This document shows, one piece after another, positions 61,063 to 64,000 of a stretch of 64,000 bases of DNA. The notes under the pieces are model-generated. The model had not been told where the DNA came from and did not search any database. It saw nothing but the letters and a program-made list of their open reading frames with translations. The stretch comes from an uncultured Ferruginibacter sp. GTDB lineage: Bacteria > Bacteroidota > Bacteroidia > Chitinophagales > Chitinophagaceae. Within the stretch, counting starts at the first letter, position 1. Each line of letters begins with the position of its first letter. Both the position numbers and the translations under genes were made by a program. The stretch covers positions 36,995-100,994 of the forward strand of contig CAZCAA010000002.1 of NCBI GenBank assembly GCA_964496585.1. The letters are read 5' to 3'.

Positions 61063-62373
61063 TTAGGCAACCACATCACCTTCAATATCAAAATCATACG
61101 CTTTGTTTATCTTAACCTGAACAAAATCTCCTACGGTTAGTTTTTTCTTGCTGTTTATGATCACTTCATTATCTACTTCAACACTATCAAATTCTGTACG
61201 GCCAAGGTACCTACCTGACTCTTTGCGGTCAACCATCGCTTTAAAAGTTTTGCCGATCTTTTCCATATTTTTCTCCAGTGATATTTCCTGCTGTACTTCC
61301 ATGATCTCCGTGGCTCTTTCTTCTTTTTCTTCTTCAGAAATATTGTCAACAAGTCCATATGCGCTGGTATCTTCCTCATGGCTATAAGTGAAGGTGCCTA
61401 CCCTATCGAATCTCATTTTTTCGAGGAATGTTTTTAATTCTTCAACATCATCTCTTGTTTCACCGGGAAAGCCAGCTATTAGCGTTGTGCGAAGACAGAT
61501 ATCCGGTATTTTAAACCGTATAGCTCCAATCAGATCTTCCATTTCTTCTCTCGTTATCTGACGCTTCATTGCCCTCAACATATTGTTACTAGCATGCTGT
61601 AAAGGCATATCAAGATAATTACAAATATTATCTCTGTCTTTTATCGCATCAATAATATCCATAGGAAATTTTGATGGATAGGCATAATGCAATCGTATCC
61701 ATTCGAGCCCTTGAACATCTGCCAAAGCATTCAGCAGTTTGGGTAATTCTCTTTTCTTATAGATATCTAACCCGTAGTAAGTTAGTTCCTGTGCAATCAG
61801 CATTACTTCTTTTACACCTCTTTGTACCAGGCGCTTTGCTTCATCCACCAAACTTTCTATTGAACGACTTACGTGCTGGCCTCTCATTAACGGTATCGCA
61901 CAAAATGAACATGTTCTGTTACAACCTTCACTTATCTTCATGTAGGCATAATGTTGCGGTGTACTCAACAATCGCTCTCCAATTAATTCCCCTTTATAAT
62001 CTGCCTCAAATCTTTTTAATATCAATGGCAATTCCATGGTACCAAAATAAGCATCCACTTCCGGTATCTCCTGTTCAAGGTTAGCTTTATAGCGCTCACT
62101 AAGGCAGCCCGTAACATACACTTTATCCAGTTTCCCCTTTTTTTTCAGCGCTACATTATCAAGGATCGTGTTAATGCTTTCTTCCTTCGCCTTTTCTATA
62201 AATCCACAAGTATTAATTATTACAATGTTGTGGTCTTTTTTGGCATTTTCATGCACGGTATCAATTTCATTGGCCAATAGCTGACCGCTCAGCACTTCAC
62301 TGTCTACCATATTCTTACTACACCCCAGTGTAATGATATTTACCTTGTCTCTCTTAATACTTTTTGTTTTCAT
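61063..62373 (-). CDS. rimO: Ribosomal protein S12 methylthiotransferase
   Basis: 'LGCSKN', 'NTCGFI', 'CNRTCSFC', TRAM domain. Confidence 0.96.
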   Translation of the reverse strand: MKTKSIKRDKVNIITLGCSKNMVDSEVLSGQLLANEIDTVHENAKKDHNIVIINTCGFIEKAKEESINTILDNVALKKKGKLDKVYVTGCLSERYKANLEQEIPEVDAYFGTMELPLILKRFEADYKGELIGERLLSTPQHYAYMKISEGCNRTCSFCAIPLMRGQHVSRSIESLVDEAKRLVQRGVKEVMLIAQELTYYGLDIYKKRELPKLLNALADVQGLEWIRLHYAYPSKFPMDIIDAIKDRDNICNYLDMPLQHASNNMLRAMKRQITREEMEDLIGAIRFKIPDICLRTTLIAGFPGETRDDVEELKTFLEKMRFDRVGTFTYSHEEDTSAYGLVDNISEEEKEERATEIMEVQQEISLEKNMEKIGKTFKAMVDRKESGRYLGRTEFDSVEVDNEVIINSKKKLTVGDFVQVKINKAYDFDIEGDVVA

Positions 62374-62521
62374 AATTCGGGGGCAAAGTTAACGAAACTA
62401 CCGCTTGAAACTCTTTTTTAGGCCCTCACCAACCAATGATAAAACAAATCAACATATCATACGTTGTAGTAATACAAAGTTTTTGACGAAGGTTATTTTA
62501 AAAAATAGTTAATTTTGATTG

Positions 62522-63370
62522 ATGAATTGGATGGAAAAGAAAAAAGTAAGAGTTGCAATTTTAGATTTATACGAAGGTGTTGCCAATCAGGGTATGCGTT
62601 GTATCAGGGAAATATTGAATCAGTATGCAGAAATGCAACATCTTGATGTTCAGGTTGATGAATTTGAAGTTAGGCTCGAAAAACAAGTGCCTGATTTGGA
62701 TCACGACATATATATATCCAGCGGTGGACCAGGAAGCCCACTGGATTCAGTAGGGAGCGACTGGGAGAAATTATATTTTAAATGGCTTGACAAGGTTGAA
62801 AAATTTAATGCTAACGAAGGCAATCAGCAAAAAAAACAGGTATTTTTTATTTGCCATTCTTTCCAGTTAGTTTGCCGGCATTATAAAATTGCCGAAGTTA
62901 CCAAAAGGAAAAGTACTGCTTTTGGCGTTTTCCCGATACACTATTTATCTAATGCAGAGAATGAACCCATTTTTGAAGGATTGAAAGATCCTTTTTACGC
63001 GGTAGATAGCAGGGATTTTCAGGTAGTTCAACCACACCAGAATACCATAAAAAAGATGGGCGCTACTATTCTTGCGATAGAAAAAGCGAGGCCACATGTT
63101 CCATTTGAAAGAGCAATAATGGCCATCAGGTTTAATGAAAACATGATTGGAACGCAGTTTCATCCGGAAGCGGATGCAATAGGTATGTCGCTTCATCTGC
63201 AAACCGAAGAAAAGAAAAAAACGGTAATAGAAAACTATGGCATAGAAAAATGGCAGTCGATGATTGATCACCTTAACGACCCCGATAAGATCATGAGCAC
63301 CTACTCCCATATCCTTCCCAATTTTTTAAATATTTCCATTTCACGCTTGCAGGAACTTCAAAGCATTTAG
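62522..63370 (+). CDS. Class I glutamine amidotransferase-like protein
   Basis: 'SGGPGSP', 'FICHSFQ' (Cys nucleophile), 'GTQFHPE'; alternative start 62531. Confidence 0.9.
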   Translation: MNWMEKKKVRVAILDLYEGVANQGMRCIREILNQYAEMQHLDVQVDEFEVRLEKQVPDLDHDIYISSGGPGSPLDSVGSDWEKLYFKWLDKVEKFNANEGNQQKKQVFFICHSFQLVCRHYKIAEVTKRKSTAFGVFPIHYLSNAENEPIFEGLKDPFYAVDSRDFQVVQPHQNTIKKMGATILAIEKARPHVPFERAIMAIRFNENMIGTQFHPEADAIGMSLHLQTEEKKKTVIENYGIEKWQSMIDHLNDPDKIMSTYSHILPNFLNISISRLQELQSI

Positions 63371-63491
63371 CTGGCATTTCAAATAAACTTTTTTCAAATT
63401 AAACCTGTTTTGTAAAAACGGCATAGGCTGTTTAATGATGAAATATGATTATTTTTATCGTAAGTCATTTGCATCATTATAAACTGAAAAA

Positions 63492-64000
63492 ATGGAAAAA
63501 AAGCTTAGGGAAAAATTCAATTCAGATTTTACAGAAGAAAAGTATCAGGCCTATATGGAAAAAGTTGAAGGCCTGCATCCCGGTTCCCTGGATTTCAGGA
63601 ACGCCGAAACGCCCATTTTTATACCAAAGGAATTTAAAAATAAAATGCTTTCTGCCTGTGAAGATATTATCGACGTTATTGTAGCGCCGAATTTTAAAGA
63701 ATTAACAGCCCGCAGTATACCGCAGGACCTGTTAGTTCCTAACGAAAATGAACACACGCAGTTTCTTGTTTTTGATTTTGGCCTTTGTGAAAATAGCCAG
63801 GGAGAAATGGAACCACAATTGATAGAAATGCAGGGATTTCCTACGCTGTTTGCGTTTCAGGCATTTCATAGTGAGTTAACGGGAGATTATGCTAATGTTC
63901 CGGCGAATTACAGCCCTTACCTGAATGGCTATGACAGGGATTCTTATGTACAACTTTTAAAAGAAATTATAGTTGGCGACCTGGATCCGGAAAATGTGAT
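63492..64000 (+). CDS. Conserved protein with a probable circularly permuted ATP-grasp fold, 3' partial; absent from the ORF track
   Basis: Hand-translated MEKKLREKFNSDFTEEKY...AETPIF...FDFG...PQLIEMQGFP; frame open to the window end. Confidence 0.7.
   Translation, partial: MEKKLREKFNSDFTEEKYQAYMEKVEGLHPGSLDFRNAETPIFIPKEFKNKMLSACEDIIDVIVAPNFKELTARSIPQDLLVPNENEHTQFLVFDFGLCENSQGEMEPQLIEMQGFPTLFAFQAFHSELTGDYANVPANYSPYLNGYDRDSYVQLLKEIIVGDLDPENV

Noticed and set aside
63445-63684. 79-aa ORF in the track
   Set aside because: Wrong frame; the real gene starts at 63492 and runs off the window
1-64000. CRISPR arrays, tRNA/rRNA, IS elements, prophage and defence systems
   Set aside because: No regularly spaced repeats, tRNA-like arms, or transposase, integrase or defence motifs seen by eye; tRNAscan/Infernal were not run

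Overview
AT-rich chromosomal segment of a Bacteroidota organism, most likely Chitinophagaceae (T9SS cargo proteins, TAnnTTTG promoters, no Shine-Dalgarno sites). It holds about 55 CDS and is mostly core metabolism: tilS, rlmH, etfBA, ispE, rocD, folC, fbp, aspartate kinase, hppD, purK/purE, bshC, rimO. Accessory genes include a RR-HK-RR two-component cluster, a DUF1800/DUF1501 pair, a GH5 mannanase, an RND efflux operon inverted between purK and purE, an M16 peptidase pair, and a GATase plus ATP-grasp-like pair at the right edge. I saw no rRNA, tRNA, CRISPR array, transposase or phage genes. The most interesting signals are intergenic and missing from the ORF track. A promoter-proximal 29-codon leader ORF precedes hppD, and similar uORFs precede rocD; both resemble the tnaC/speFL arrangement of amino-acid-sensing leader peptides. 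Also present are a free-standing 25-codon ORF with its own terminator, several sigma54-type promoter matches, apparently leaderless genes and a degenerate palindromic repeat. All family assignments come from motif recognition by eye; no database search was run.
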